From Vitreimonas sp. (GTDB taxonomy: Bacteria > Pseudomonadota > Alphaproteobacteria > Caulobacterales > Aquidulcibacteraceae), in the NCBI RefSeq assembly GCF_036392335.1, contig NZ_DASVYD010000045.1, positions 5,254 through 69,253 on the forward strand: 64,000 nt of DNA, written 5' to 3'. Below, piece by piece: positions 18,801 to 27,938 of this stretch (position 1 is its first letter; each line of letters opens with the position of its first letter). The position numbers and the translations under genes were made by a program. The notes beneath the pieces were generated by a model, which did no database searches, was not told where the DNA came from, and worked only from the letters and a program-made list of their open reading frames with translations.

Positions 18801-20033
18801 ATGCGTAAAGTTATAGTGCGCGCCGCGGGCGTGGTGGCGGGCGCGGCGTCGCTTGCGGGCGTGGCGAACGCCGAGGATGCGGGCAGCATCAGCGAAGCGA
18901 TCCAGAATGGCGAACTGATCGCCGAGGCGCGCGCGCGCTACGAAACGTTCGAGCAGGTTGGTCAGAATGACGCCGACGCACTGACGCTGCGCTCCCGTCT
19001 GGGCTGGCAGACCGGCACATGGAACGGCTTGTCGGCGCTGGTTGAGTTCGAGGACGTGCGCGACCTCGGCGGCGATTACAACGACGGCATCCCGCCAGCC
19101 GAGCCCTACGCGACGATCGGCGACCCGCCCGGCACGGAACTCAATCGCCTGCAATTGCGCTGGCAGATCAACCAACACCTGAACGCGACAATCGGCAGGC
19201 AATATATCAGCTTTGACGACAATCGCTTCCTGGACGTGTCCAACTCGCGTCAAGACGCGCGCACGCTGGATGCGCTGCGGGCGGATTTCACGCTGAACGG
19301 CCTGAAAGCGACCTACGCTTATGTCGATCACGTCAACAACACGACGGCCGAATACAATGATTGGGAAAGCGCCAGTCATCTGTTGAACGTCTCGCAGACG
19401 TTTTCGGACGCCTTCAAGCTCACGGGCTTCGGTTATTTCTTCGATTTCGACGAGCCGGCGAGCGCCATCAATCAGTCCTCGCAATTCCTCGGCGTGCGCG
19501 CCACCGGCAAGGATATCGAGGCGCTTGGCCTGACTTGGAGCTATGCGGCGAGCTATGCGCAGCAACAGGATTACGGCAGCTCCACGGTGTCGTTTGACCT
19601 CGACTATTGGCAGGCGTCTGTGACGGCTGAATACGGCGAATGGTCGGTGCAGCTTTGGCAGGAAACGCTCGAAGGCGATGGCGCGCGCGGCTTCTTTACG
19701 CCGCTTGGGTCGTCCAACAGCTTCCACGGCTGGGCCGGCGCGTTCATATCCAAGCCGGCGGATGGTCTGGTCGACCGCAACGTCATGCTCTCGTATTCGC
19801 CCGAATGGGCGCCGGACTTCCTTGAAGATCTGACGTTCATGGTCCGCTACTACGATTTCGAAGCCGAGCGCACCGACGCTGATTTCGGCGAGGAATGGGA
19901 TTTCGCGGTTGGCGCGGACATCACCGATAATCTCGATTTCTCGATTGACTACGGCGACTACGAATCGGGCGACGGCCCCGGATCGCCGATGAGCCGCACC
20001 CGCACGCGCTTCGTGCTGCAATACAGGCTGTAA
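18801..20033 (+). CDS. outer-membrane beta-barrel porin (alginate-export-like?)
   Basis: Signal peptide ...AGVANA|EDAG. Alternating beta-strand pattern, rich in Tyr, Asp and Phe. Confidence 0.65.
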   Translation: MRKVIVRAAGVVAGAASLAGVANAEDAGSISEAIQNGELIAEARARYETFEQVGQNDADALTLRSRLGWQTGTWNGLSALVEFEDVRDLGGDYNDGIPPAEPYATIGDPPGTELNRLQLRWQINQHLNATIGRQYISFDDNRFLDVSNSRQDARTLDALRADFTLNGLKATYAYVDHVNNTTAEYNDWESASHLLNVSQTFSDAFKLTGFGYFFDFDEPASAINQSSQFLGVRATGKDIEALGLTWSYAASYAQQQDYGSSTVSFDLDYWQASVTAEYGEWSVQLWQETLEGDGARGFFTPLGSSNSFHGWAGAFISKPADGLVDRNVMLSYSPEWAPDFLEDLTFMVRYYDFEAERTDADFGEEWDFAVGADITDNLDFSIDYGDYESGDGPGSPMSRTRTRFVLQYRL

Positions 20034-20042
20034 AACCGGGCG

Positions 20043-21782
20043 TCAGGGCGCCTGATAAAGCGCCTTGGCGATCTCGGCTTCGCGACGCTCGTCGATGATG
20101 CGCCGCGCGGCCTCGTCTGGAACGCCAATCCCATTGAGCAGCGCTTCACCCAACTGAAGCGCTGCTTCGATTGTGTCGGGGCTGGCGAGTGCCGCCCCGA
20201 GCTCGTGCAGGCGGCGGGCATGTGCGCCGTCGCGGGCGCGGGCATAGACCGGCACGTGCGGCCAAGCTTGCTTGGCTTGCGCCACGATCAAATCCACGGA
20301 TTCCGGATTGTTGATGGTGACGATGATGGCGGCGGCATTGGCGGCGCCGAGCGCGGCGAGAACGTCGCGGCGGCTGGAATCGCCGAAGTGCACACTATTG
20401 CCCTGACCGCGCAGCATCGCGACGAGCGCAGCATCGGCGTCGACTGCGACATAGGGAATCTCCTGTTTGCCGAGGATGTCGGCGAGCGTTTGCCCGACGC
20501 GGCCGAAGCCGGCGATGACGACGTGGCCTCCTTCCTGTGCGAGATCAGGTTCGATCGTCGCCGGCGTCGGGGCAAAGCTTTTGGCGAAGCGTCCGCCCAG
20601 CGTGGCGACGAACGGCGTCACGAAGATCGAAAGCGCCGTCACCAGCAGCATGTAGTGGGCCGTGGCTTCGGGCAGCGCGCCGTTGGCGCTGGCGGCGGCG
20701 ATCACGACGAAGGCGAACTCGCCCGCCTGTCCAAGCATGAACGCCACAGCCAGCGCGCGCGGCCAAGGAATGCCGAACAGGCGCGCGAGCGGCGTGATGA
20801 TGGCGATCTTTACGGCGAAGAGGCCGGCGACGCCGAGCAGGATCATCAGCGGATTCGCCAGCAGCAGCGGGATGTCGATTTGCATGCCCACCGTCACGAA
20901 GAAGAGGCCGAGCAACAGGTCCTTGAACGGCTCCAAATCGCTTTCGATCTGGTGGCGGAATTCGGTCTCCGCGAGCAGGAGGCCGGCCAGGAAGGCGCCC
21001 AATCCCATCGACAGGCCGGCAGATTGCGCGGCCGTCGCCATGCCAATCGCGGCGAGGATCGCGGCGGCGATGAACACTTCGCGGCTGTCGATCGAGGCGA
21101 CCCAGCGAAACATCGGGCGCAGCAGAACGCGGCCCAGGGTGAAGATGACCAGCAATGACACGAGCGCGGTGAGCAGCGCGATGAAGATGTTCTGGCCGCT
21201 GAATGCGCTGGCGCTATCGGCGCCGAGCGCGGCGACAACAAACAGGATGGGCACGACCATCAGATCCTGCATCAGCAGCACCGAGAAACTGATGCGTCCG
21301 ACCGGAGTCGCGATCTGACGGCCCTCGCGCAGCAATTGCAGCACGAGCGCTGTGGAGGACAGCGCGAACGCCAGGCCGAGCACGGAGGAGGCGGCGAACG
21401 AATTGCCGAACGCGAGCGCGATGCCGGCGATCACGACGGTGCTCACCGTGACCTGCGCGAGGCCCAAGCCGAACACGTAGCGCTTGAGCGCCCAGAGACG
21501 CTCGAATGAGACTTCCAGCCCGATCACGAACAGCAGGAACACGACGCCCAATTCGGCAAGGGCGATGGTGGGGCGGTCTTCCCGGAGTTCGAACGCCGCC
21601 AGCGAGGGCCACATGTCCGCCAATTGGCCGAGCACGTGCGGCCCCATGCCGACGCCAATGAGGAGAAATCCCATCACGGCGCTGAGCTTGGCGCGACGTA
21701 AAGCGGGAACGACCAGGCAGGTCGCCCCGAGGAAGACCAGGGCTTGGGTGAGGACCGCGCCACCGGTTGCTCCGTGCTCCAT
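20043..21782 (-). CDS. CPA2 cation:proton antiporter with a C-terminal TrkA-N (KTN) domain, KefB/KefC-like
   Basis: About 12-TM Na_H exchanger region plus VVIAGFGRVGQTLADIL Rossmann motif. Confidence 0.85.
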   Translation of the reverse strand: MEHGATGGAVLTQALVFLGATCLVVPALRRAKLSAVMGFLLIGVGMGPHVLGQLADMWPSLAAFELREDRPTIALAELGVVFLLFVIGLEVSFERLWALKRYVFGLGLAQVTVSTVVIAGIALAFGNSFAASSVLGLAFALSSTALVLQLLREGRQIATPVGRISFSVLLMQDLMVVPILFVVAALGADSASAFSGQNIFIALLTALVSLLVIFTLGRVLLRPMFRWVASIDSREVFIAAAILAAIGMATAAQSAGLSMGLGAFLAGLLLAETEFRHQIESDLEPFKDLLLGLFFVTVGMQIDIPLLLANPLMILLGVAGLFAVKIAIITPLARLFGIPWPRALAVAFMLGQAGEFAFVVIAAASANGALPEATAHYMLLVTALSIFVTPFVATLGGRFAKSFAPTPATIEPDLAQEGGHVVIAGFGRVGQTLADILGKQEIPYVAVDADAALVAMLRGQGNSVHFGDSSRRDVLAALGAANAAAIIVTINNPESVDLIVAQAKQAWPHVPVYARARDGAHARRLHELGAALASPDTIEAALQLGEALLNGIGVPDEAARRIIDERREAEIAKALYQAP

Positions 21783-21826
21783 TTCGCTCTCCTGTGGCGC
21801 GGCGTCGCGCTCGGCGCCTCAGCCTG

Positions 21827-21850
21827 GGTCTTTCGCAACTGCGAAAGACC
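21827..21850. promoter_or_regulatory. perfect palindrome GGTCTTTCGCA-AC-TGCGAAAGACC (operator candidate)
   Basis: 11-bp perfect arms. Ends 32 nt upstream of the acyl-CoA dehydrogenase ATG. Confidence 0.5.
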
Positions 21851-21882
21851 GGCTTTAGTGCCCTGACTCGGGAGGAGATAGC

Positions 21883-23502
21883 ATGTCCGCTGAAGTGCTG
21901 GCGCAACTGGATCAGGCGGCCAACAACGCCGCCAAATACGCTGAAGCCGCGCGGGACGCGGTGAAGCCGCTGGTGAGCAAAGGCGGCAAGATCGACCGCA
22001 TAGCGCTCGACCGCGAGCAGCACGTTGTGCACGGCCTGGCCTGGGTCGCCACCTACGCCGAAACATTGCGCGAGGTCCGCGATTGGGCGCGAGCGCTGCA
22101 TGAAAAGGGCGCGCTGGGCGAGACTGAACGCCTGCTGGCGAAGCTGCTGGCGGCCGAATACAGCGCCCAACTCGCCGGCGGCGTGCCGATGACGCAAGTC
22201 GAGATCATCCGCCCCGACCATTTTGGCGTCGCAGCGCCGGCGGTGGCGCTCACCATCACCAAAACGGAGAAGGCCCGGCTGGCCGCGTTGCTGCGCGACG
22301 CCCAAGGCCGTGCGACGGTGGAGAACACGAATCTCGATGCGGATTTCGAGATGATCCGCGATCAATTCCGCAAATTCGCCGACGACAAGATCATGCCGTA
22401 CGCGCATGCGTGGCACTGCAATGACGAGCTGATCCCGCTCGAGATCTTGAACGAGATGGGCGCGCTGGGCGTGTTCGGTCTTACCATCCCGGAAGAGTAC
22501 GGCGGCTCCGGACTCGGCAAGACGGCGATGTGCGTCGTCTCCGAAGAGCTCTCGCGCGCGTGGATCGGTACGGGTTCGCTCGGTACGCGCAGCGAAATCG
22601 CGGCGGAACTCATCCTCATCGGCGGCACGCCGGAGCAGAAGGCCGAATGGCTGCCGAAAATCGCCAATGCGGAAATTCTGCCCACGGCGGTGTTCACCGA
22701 ACCGAATACGGGCTCCGACCTCGGTTCGTTGCGGACGCGCGCGGTGAAAGAGGGCGAGCATTACGTTGTCACGGGCAACAAAACTTGGATCACGCACGCG
22801 GCGCGCGCCGATGTGATGACGCTGCTGGTGCGCACCGATCCGAACACGAATGGCTTCAACGGCCTTTCCATGCTGCTCGCGCCCAAGCAGCGCGGTGATG
22901 ACGCAAACCCGTTTCCGACGCCCGGCATGAGCGGCGGCGAGATCGAGGTGATCGGTTATCGCGGCATGAAGGAATACGAGATCGGTTTCGACGGCTTCAA
23001 AGTGCCGACGGGCAATCTTTTGGGCGGCGTCGAAGGTCAAGGCTTCAAGCAGTTGATGGCGACGTTTGAAAGCGCGCGCATCCAGACGGCGGCGCGCGCT
23101 GTGGGCGTGACGCAAAGCGCTTTGGAACTGGGGCTCAAATACGCGATCGACCGCAAGCAATTCGGCCAAGAGATTTTCGAGTTTCCGCGCGTCTCCAATA
23201 AGCTCGTGATGATCGCGGCGGAATTGATGGCCGTGCGTCAGCTCACCTATTTCTCAGCGCGCCGGAAGGACAGCGGCAAGCGTTGCGATCTGGAAGCGGG
23301 GATGGCGAAGCTTTTGGCGGCGCGTGTGGCGTGGGCGGCGGCGGACAATGCGCTGCAAATCCACGGCGGCAATGGTTTCGCAGTGGAATACCCGATCAGC
23401 CGCGTTCTGGCGGATGCGCGCATTCTCAACATCTTCGAAGGCGCGGGCGAGATTCAAGCCATGGTGATCGCGCGCCGACTCTTGGAAGAGGGCGCCAATT
23501 AG
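21883..23502 (+). CDS. acyl-CoA dehydrogenase family protein with about 150-aa N-terminal extension
   Basis: ACAD middle and C-terminal domains (TEPNTGSDLGSL, IFEGAGEIQ). GGGAGGAG SD. Confidence 0.85.
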   Translation: MSAEVLAQLDQAANNAAKYAEAARDAVKPLVSKGGKIDRIALDREQHVVHGLAWVATYAETLREVRDWARALHEKGALGETERLLAKLLAAEYSAQLAGGVPMTQVEIIRPDHFGVAAPAVALTITKTEKARLAALLRDAQGRATVENTNLDADFEMIRDQFRKFADDKIMPYAHAWHCNDELIPLEILNEMGALGVFGLTIPEEYGGSGLGKTAMCVVSEELSRAWIGTGSLGTRSEIAAELILIGGTPEQKAEWLPKIANAEILPTAVFTEPNTGSDLGSLRTRAVKEGEHYVVTGNKTWITHAARADVMTLLVRTDPNTNGFNGLSMLLAPKQRGDDANPFPTPGMSGGEIEVIGYRGMKEYEIGFDGFKVPTGNLLGGVEGQGFKQLMATFESARIQTAARAVGVTQSALELGLKYAIDRKQFGQEIFEFPRVSNKLVMIAAELMAVRQLTYFSARRKDSGKRCDLEAGMAKLLAARVAWAAADNALQIHGGNGFAVEYPISRVLADARILNIFEGAGEIQAMVIARRLLEEGAN

Positions 23503-23528
23503 GGCATCAGAGCGCCAAGGAGTTTTCC

Positions 23529-23852
23529 ATGCGCTCTCTTTTGGCTTTCGCGATTCTGGCGCTCGCTGCATGCGGGCCACAGGCCGAGCCCGCTTACACG
23601 CCGGAATATTCGTTCGGCTTCACGCAAAGCTGCACCGCGCAGAGCGGCTCGCGCGAGCTATGCACCTGCATCTGGGGCAAGATCGAAGCTAATGTGCCGC
23701 GTGCGGATTTCGACGCGTTGGAGCGTATGCCCGCCGCCGAACGCTCCGCGCACCCGTTGAGCCGGCAGATCGAAGGCTATGCCGTGGAGTGCGCCGCAAA
23801 CTTGCCGCAACCGGCCGTCAACCCTGCAGTGGAACCGGAGGCCGCGCCATGA
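23529..23852 (+). CDS. small 4-Cys lipoprotein (paralogue of 24376..24648)
   Basis: Lipobox LALAAC. SC...CTCIWGKI motif shared with the downstream paralogue. Confidence 0.65.
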   Translation: MRSLLAFAILALAACGPQAEPAYTPEYSFGFTQSCTAQSGSRELCTCIWGKIEANVPRADFDALERMPAAERSAHPLSRQIEGYAVECAANLPQPAVNPAVEPEAAP

Positions 23853-24283
23853 CGTTGACCGGCGCTATGCGCTTTGTGCTCAATCGCACCAATCTGACCG
23901 GCTTGGCCCTTGCCAGTGCGCTGGTGGCGGCTGCGTGTGCGTCGACGGCGCCGGAGCCGCCGCTCTCGGGCACGCGCTGGGTGGCGCAAAGCATTGAAGG
24001 GGCGCCGGTCGCCTATCGCACGCCGACGATCGAGTTCGCGGCCGACCGCATCAGCGGCACGGGCGGCTGCAATCGCTTCTTTGGCGGCTACACAATTAGC
24101 GGGGACCGTATCAGTTTCGGCGGCGTCGGCGCGACCGAGATGGCGTGCGAGCCGGTGGTGATGGCGCAGGAAGCCGCATTTCATACCGCGCTCAGCAGCG
24201 CGCAAACGTATCGACGCGAAGGCGAAACGCTGATTTTGTCCTCTTCCGCAGGCGAAGCACTGGTTTTTCGGGCCGCCCAGTAG
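23849..24283 (+). CDS. META domain-containing (HslJ-like) lipoprotein
   Basis: GTGGCNRFFGGYTISGDRISFGGVGATEMAC is META-like. ATGA overlap with the upstream gene. Confidence 0.75.
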   Translation: MTLTGAMRFVLNRTNLTGLALASALVAAACASTAPEPPLSGTRWVAQSIEGAPVAYRTPTIEFAADRISGTGGCNRFFGGYTISGDRISFGGVGATEMACEPVVMAQEAAFHTALSSAQTYRREGETLILSSSAGEALVFRAAQ

Positions 24284-24340
24284 CGCTTAACCGCGTTTAG
24301 GCGCCGCTCTCTTAACCGTCCGAGCGCATACTTCATGGCC

Positions 24341-24360
24341 ATTGCGCGGCAATTATTGCC
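24341..24360. promoter_or_regulatory. overlapping palindromes ATTGC-GCG-GCAAT-T-ATTGC(C)
   Basis: Three alternating ATTGC/GCAAT half-sites, 16-35 nt upstream of the ATG at 24376. Confidence 0.3.
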
Positions 24361-24375
24361 GCCCTGGAGGTCACG

Positions 24376-24648
24376 ATGCGCACGCGCATCCTGAGTTTTA
24401 TCGCGGTGCTGGCGCTGTCGGCGTGCGGCGGCGGCGCGCCGAATGAGTATCCGGCGGAAGCCCGCTCGCATTTTGAAGCGTCATGCCCGCCTGAGAGCGC
24501 GGTGTGTGCGTGCACATGGGACAAGCTCACGCGCACGCTCACCTACGAAGAATACGAGGCTGCGCTGACGCGCTTTCGTGAAGAAGGGCTGATGGACCCT
24601 CGCGTCACGCGTGCGCGCACCCAATGCCTCGAGCGGCACCGCGAGTAG
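24376..24648 (+). CDS. small 4-Cys lipoprotein (paralogue of 23529..23852)
   Basis: Lipobox LALSAC. SC...CACTWDKL motif. GGAGG SD. Confidence 0.65.
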   Translation: MRTRILSFIAVLALSACGGGAPNEYPAEARSHFEASCPPESAVCACTWDKLTRTLTYEEYEAALTRFREEGLMDPRVTRARTQCLERHRE

Positions 24649-24651
24649 GGC

Positions 24652-25050
24652 TTAGCCCTTCTTGGTGATCATATTGTCCACGCTCAACGAGCCGCCGCCA
24701 GCGGCGGCGATGTAGAGGAACGTGAAGCAGAACATGATGGCGAGTTCGCCCTGGTTCTGAATCGGCCAAAACGCCTGGGGCGCATGCGCCATCCAATAGG
24801 CGACGGCCATCATCCCCGAGAGCACGAACGCGACCGGTCGCGTGAAGAGGCCGATCGCCAGCAGCGCGCCGCCAACCAATTCGAGCACGCCAGCAATCCA
24901 GATCAACGTCATCGGCTCGGGCGGTTGCGCGAACATCTCGGTCGCGGGGAAGCCGAGCAGCTTCGCCGTGCCGTGCGCCATGAACAGCAGCGCGCTGATG
25001 ATGCGTAGAATACTGAGCAGCGGCCCGGAATAAGTGCTGAGAAAACCCAT
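24652..25050 (-). CDS. DoxX family membrane protein
   Basis: LLRIISALLFMAHGTAKLLGFP is DoxX-like. Start taken at MGFLSTY. Confidence 0.8.
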   Translation of the reverse strand: MGFLSTYSGPLLSILRIISALLFMAHGTAKLLGFPATEMFAQPPEPMTLIWIAGVLELVGGALLAIGLFTRPVAFVLSGMMAVAYWMAHAPQAFWPIQNQGELAIMFCFTFLYIAAAGGGSLSVDNMITKKG

Positions 25051-25108
25051 GTTCGATCCCTCCGTGGAGGGAGCTAAGGGGGTGTCGCGGAGTTTGGCGA
25101 GAAGATTC

Positions 25109-25723
25109 TTATGACGGGCGACGGCTTTGCAGTGCAGCAAAGAGTGTCCCGTCGTCCAAGAGATCAAGTTCGCCGCCGACGGGCACGCCGTGCGAGAGGC
25201 GGCTTACGGTGATGCCAATGGGCTGCAGGCGCTCGGCAAGATAATGGCCGGTGGTTTGGCCGTCGACCGTCGCGGAGAGCGCGAGGATGACTTCGCGTAC
25301 GCCCGGCGCGCTGGCGCGTTCGACCAGTTTGGAGATGCGGAGGTCTTCGGGGCGCACGCCGTCGAGCGCCGAGAGCAAGCCGCCGAGCACATGGTAGCGG
25401 CCTTTGAAGGCGCCGGCGCGCTCGAGCGCCCAGACGTCGCCGACTTCGGCGACGACGCAGATGAGGCCGTCGTCACGCTCGGGCTTGCTGCACAGCGCGC
25501 ACGGATCTTGCGTATCAAGCGCGCCGCAATTGGAGCAGGGGCGCACTTTCTCGGCCGCGTCCGATAGCGCGGAGGCGAGCGGGACCATCAGCGCGTCTTT
25601 TTTCTTCAACAGCTGCAACGCCGCCCGCCGCGCCGAGCGTGGGCCTAAGCCTGGCACTTTCGCGAGCAGCGCGATCAGCGCCTCGATCTCGGGGGCGGCA
25701 GTGGTGGATTTGCTGGAGCGCAC
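25109..25723 (-). CDS. recR: recombination protein RecR
   Basis: HhH ([12 protein letters not shown]), C4 zinc finger ([16 protein letters not shown]) and Toprim region. Confidence 0.9.
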   Translation of the reverse strand: MRSSKSTTAAPEIEALIALLAKVPGLGPRSARRAALQLLKKKDALMVPLASALSDAAEKVRPCSNCGALDTQDPCALCSKPERDDGLICVVAEVGDVWALERAGAFKGRYHVLGGLLSALDGVRPEDLRISKLVERASAPGVREVILALSATVDGQTTGHYLAERLQPIGITVSRLSHGVPVGGELDLLDDGTLFAALQSRRPS

Positions 25724-25728
25724 GGGTG

Positions 25729-26052
25729 TTAGAACGGCATCTTAAAGCCGGGCAGAATTCCTAGGCCGCCGCTTAGGCCCTTCATTTCGTCGTTCTGCGC
25801 CGTCTCAAGCTTGCGGCGGGCGTCGTCGTGGGCGGCTTTGATCAGGTCTTCGAGGATTTCGCGTTCGTCGGCGACCATGAGCGAAGGATCGATACTGATG
25901 CCGAGCAGGGCGTTCTTGCCGGAAATGCGCAGCTTCACCATGCCGCCGCCGGCGGTGCCTTCGACTTCCATGGCTTCGAGCTTCTTCTGCGCCTCGTTGA
26001 TCTTGGCCTGCATCTGCTGGGCTTGGCGCATGATCTGCGAGATGTCTTTCAT
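25729..26052 (-). CDS. ybaB: YbaB/EbfC family nucleoid-associated protein
   Basis: 107 aa; [18 protein letters not shown]...; conserved dnaX-ybaB-recR order. Confidence 0.9.
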   Translation of the reverse strand: MKDISQIMRQAQQMQAKINEAQKKLEAMEVEGTAGGGMVKLRISGKNALLGISIDPSLMVADEREILEDLIKAAHDDARRKLETAQNDEMKGLSGGLGILPGFKMPF

Positions 26053-27797
26053 CGGTCGGCTTCCTTCTTGCGCGCCGGGGAGGGCGCGGTCTTGTTCTGA
26101 GACGGCATCTGCACAACGTCGCCGCTGCTTGCCTCTTCCTGCGGCTGGCGCACGGCGGTGATTTCAGCGCCGGGGAAATGCTTCAATGCCTCGGCGATGA
26201 AGGGTTGGCGCTTCAATTCTTCCATCGCGCGTTGGCGTTCGCGCAGGCGCCGTTCGGCGAGGCTTTCGACCGAGGCGTTGGTGCTTTCGACGCCGCGGAC
26301 GCGCCATTCGATCTCGGTGATCTCTTCAAGGAAATCCTTGATCTGACGGATGAGGTCGCGCGGCTGATCGGGCGCGGAGACGAACACGAGATCGCCAGCG
26401 GGCGAATACTGAACCACTTTCAAGCGGTCGAGCAGGATTTCGAGTTCGATCATGCGCGCGTCAGAAACGGCGCGGAGGAAATCCTCGAAGGTTTGTAGGC
26501 GATGCGTGGGCGCGGGCGGCGCCTTGTTGACGGTGGGCGTGTCGCGCGGCGGCTCGCGCGATGGCGGCGCCGAGGGCCGGCTGGAAGCCGGCGGTCCATC
26601 TCTGAGTAGGCGCGCGGCTTCTTCGGGCGGCGGCAGTGATTGCGCCGCGCAGATGCGGACCATCGCCATTTCGACGGCGGCGATTGGGTCTGGCGCCTTG
26701 CTGGCTTCTTCGAGCGCCTTCAGCAGCATCTGCCAGATGCGCGAAAGCTGCGCCGGCGAGAGCTTGTCGGCGAGCCCGCGCACGCGGCCGACCCAATCGG
26801 CCCCGCCGATGATCTTGGCCTCGGCGCCGAGCGCTTGCGCGCGTGCGGCCTCGTGGCCGATGTCGAGCAGGTCGCGCAGGATGAGTGTTGGATCGGCGCC
26901 ACTGTCATATTGGCTGCGGGCTTCGGTGATGGCGGTTTTCGCGTCGCCTTTGGAAATGGCGTCAAACAGATCGAGCACGCGCGCCCGATCGGCTAAGCCC
27001 AGCATGTCGCGCACGTCCGCCGCGGTGACGGTTTCGCCGGGCTTCTGCACCAAGGCCTGATCGAGCAGCGAAAGGCCGTCGCGAGCGGAGCCTTCGGCGG
27101 CGCGGGCGATCAGCGCGATGCCGTCAGCGTCGACCTTCACGCCTTCCTTGGCGCAGATATTGCTAAGATGCGTGGCGAGCCGTTCGCTATCGATGCGCTT
27201 CAGATCGAAGCGTTGGCAGCGCGAGAGCACCGTGACCGGCACTTTGCGGATTTCCGTCGTCGCGAACATGAATTTCACGTGCGGCGGCGGCTCTTCCAAT
27301 GTCTTCAACAGGCCGTTGAAGGCGGCCGTCGAGAGCATGTGCACTTCGTCGATGATGTAGATCTTGTAGCGCGCCATCACCGGCGCGTAGCGGACCGAGT
27401 CCAGAATTTCGCGAATGTCATTGATGCCGGTGCGGGAGGCGGCGTCCATCTCGAACACGTCGGGATGGCGGCTTTCCATGATCGCCTGGCAATGTTCCCC
27501 GGGCGGATCGAGTTCGACGCTTGGGTGATCAATGTCGCCGCGCTTGTAATTCAGCGCGCGCGCCAGCAGACGGGCGGTGGTGGTTTTGCCGACGCCGCGC
27601 ACGCCGGTCAGCATGGTGGCGTGCGGAATGCGGCCGAGCGCGAACGAATTGGCGATGGTGCGCACCATCGCCTCCTGACCGATCAGGTCTTCGAAGGTCT
27701 TTGGCCGATATTTCCGGGCCAGAACGACATAGGCGGGGCCAGTCGTATCGTCGCCGAAAAGGCCCAAAGAGCCTGGAGGGGAATTGGATTCGCTCAC
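26049..27797 (-). CDS. dnaX: DNA polymerase III subunit gamma/tau
   Basis: Walker A GVRGVGKTTTARLLA, IIDEVHMLS and sensor motifs. GTG start at 27797. Confidence 0.9.
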   Translation of the reverse strand: MSESNSPPGSLGLFGDDTTGPAYVVLARKYRPKTFEDLIGQEAMVRTIANSFALGRIPHATMLTGVRGVGKTTTARLLARALNYKRGDIDHPSVELDPPGEHCQAIMESRHPDVFEMDAASRTGINDIREILDSVRYAPVMARYKIYIIDEVHMLSTAAFNGLLKTLEEPPPHVKFMFATTEIRKVPVTVLSRCQRFDLKRIDSERLATHLSNICAKEGVKVDADGIALIARAAEGSARDGLSLLDQALVQKPGETVTAADVRDMLGLADRARVLDLFDAISKGDAKTAITEARSQYDSGADPTLILRDLLDIGHEAARAQALGAEAKIIGGADWVGRVRGLADKLSPAQLSRIWQMLLKALEEASKAPDPIAAVEMAMVRICAAQSLPPPEEAARLLRDGPPASSRPSAPPSREPPRDTPTVNKAPPAPTHRLQTFEDFLRAVSDARMIELEILLDRLKVVQYSPAGDLVFVSAPDQPRDLIRQIKDFLEEITEIEWRVRGVESTNASVESLAERRLRERQRAMEELKRQPFIAEALKHFPGAEITAVRQPQEEASSGDVVQMPSQNKTAPSPARKKEADR

Positions 27798-27938
27798 GCT
27801 CGAAACCTAGGGGGTTTCGCCAGAAATGCGACCCCCGGCGCCCGCACCGGCCAGGGCCCATTTGCGGTAAATCTACACCTTTTGTTTAGCGAACCGGGTT
27901 CGGCTTGCCGCAAGGGCGATAAGATCCGGAGGAAACCC

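Noticed and set aside
24348-24360. Sigma-54 promoter (GG-N10-GC) in GGCAATTATTGCC
   Set aside because: The GG to GC offset is 10 nt, not the 12 nt of TGGCAC-N5-TTGC.
25585-25600. Run of A (GAAGAAAAAAGAC on the minus strand) as a dnaX-type programmed frameshift site
   Set aside because: It lies in recR (LLKKKDAL), not dnaX. No downstream stimulatory structure was seen.
27168-27938. N-terminal 257 aa of the 726-aa ORF 27168-29348(+)
   Set aside because: It is antisense to dnaX. The kinase has its own GGAGGA SD and ATG at 27939, followed by TM helices.
27798-27938. SRP (4.5S/ffs) RNA upstream of dnaX, where it often sits in bacteria
   Set aside because: I found no GGAAGCAGCC-type domain IV motif on either strand. 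The only structure is a 9-bp hairpin (GGGGGT-TT-CGC/GCG-ACCCCC, 27810-27836) in the dnaX leader. A covariance-model scan would settle it.
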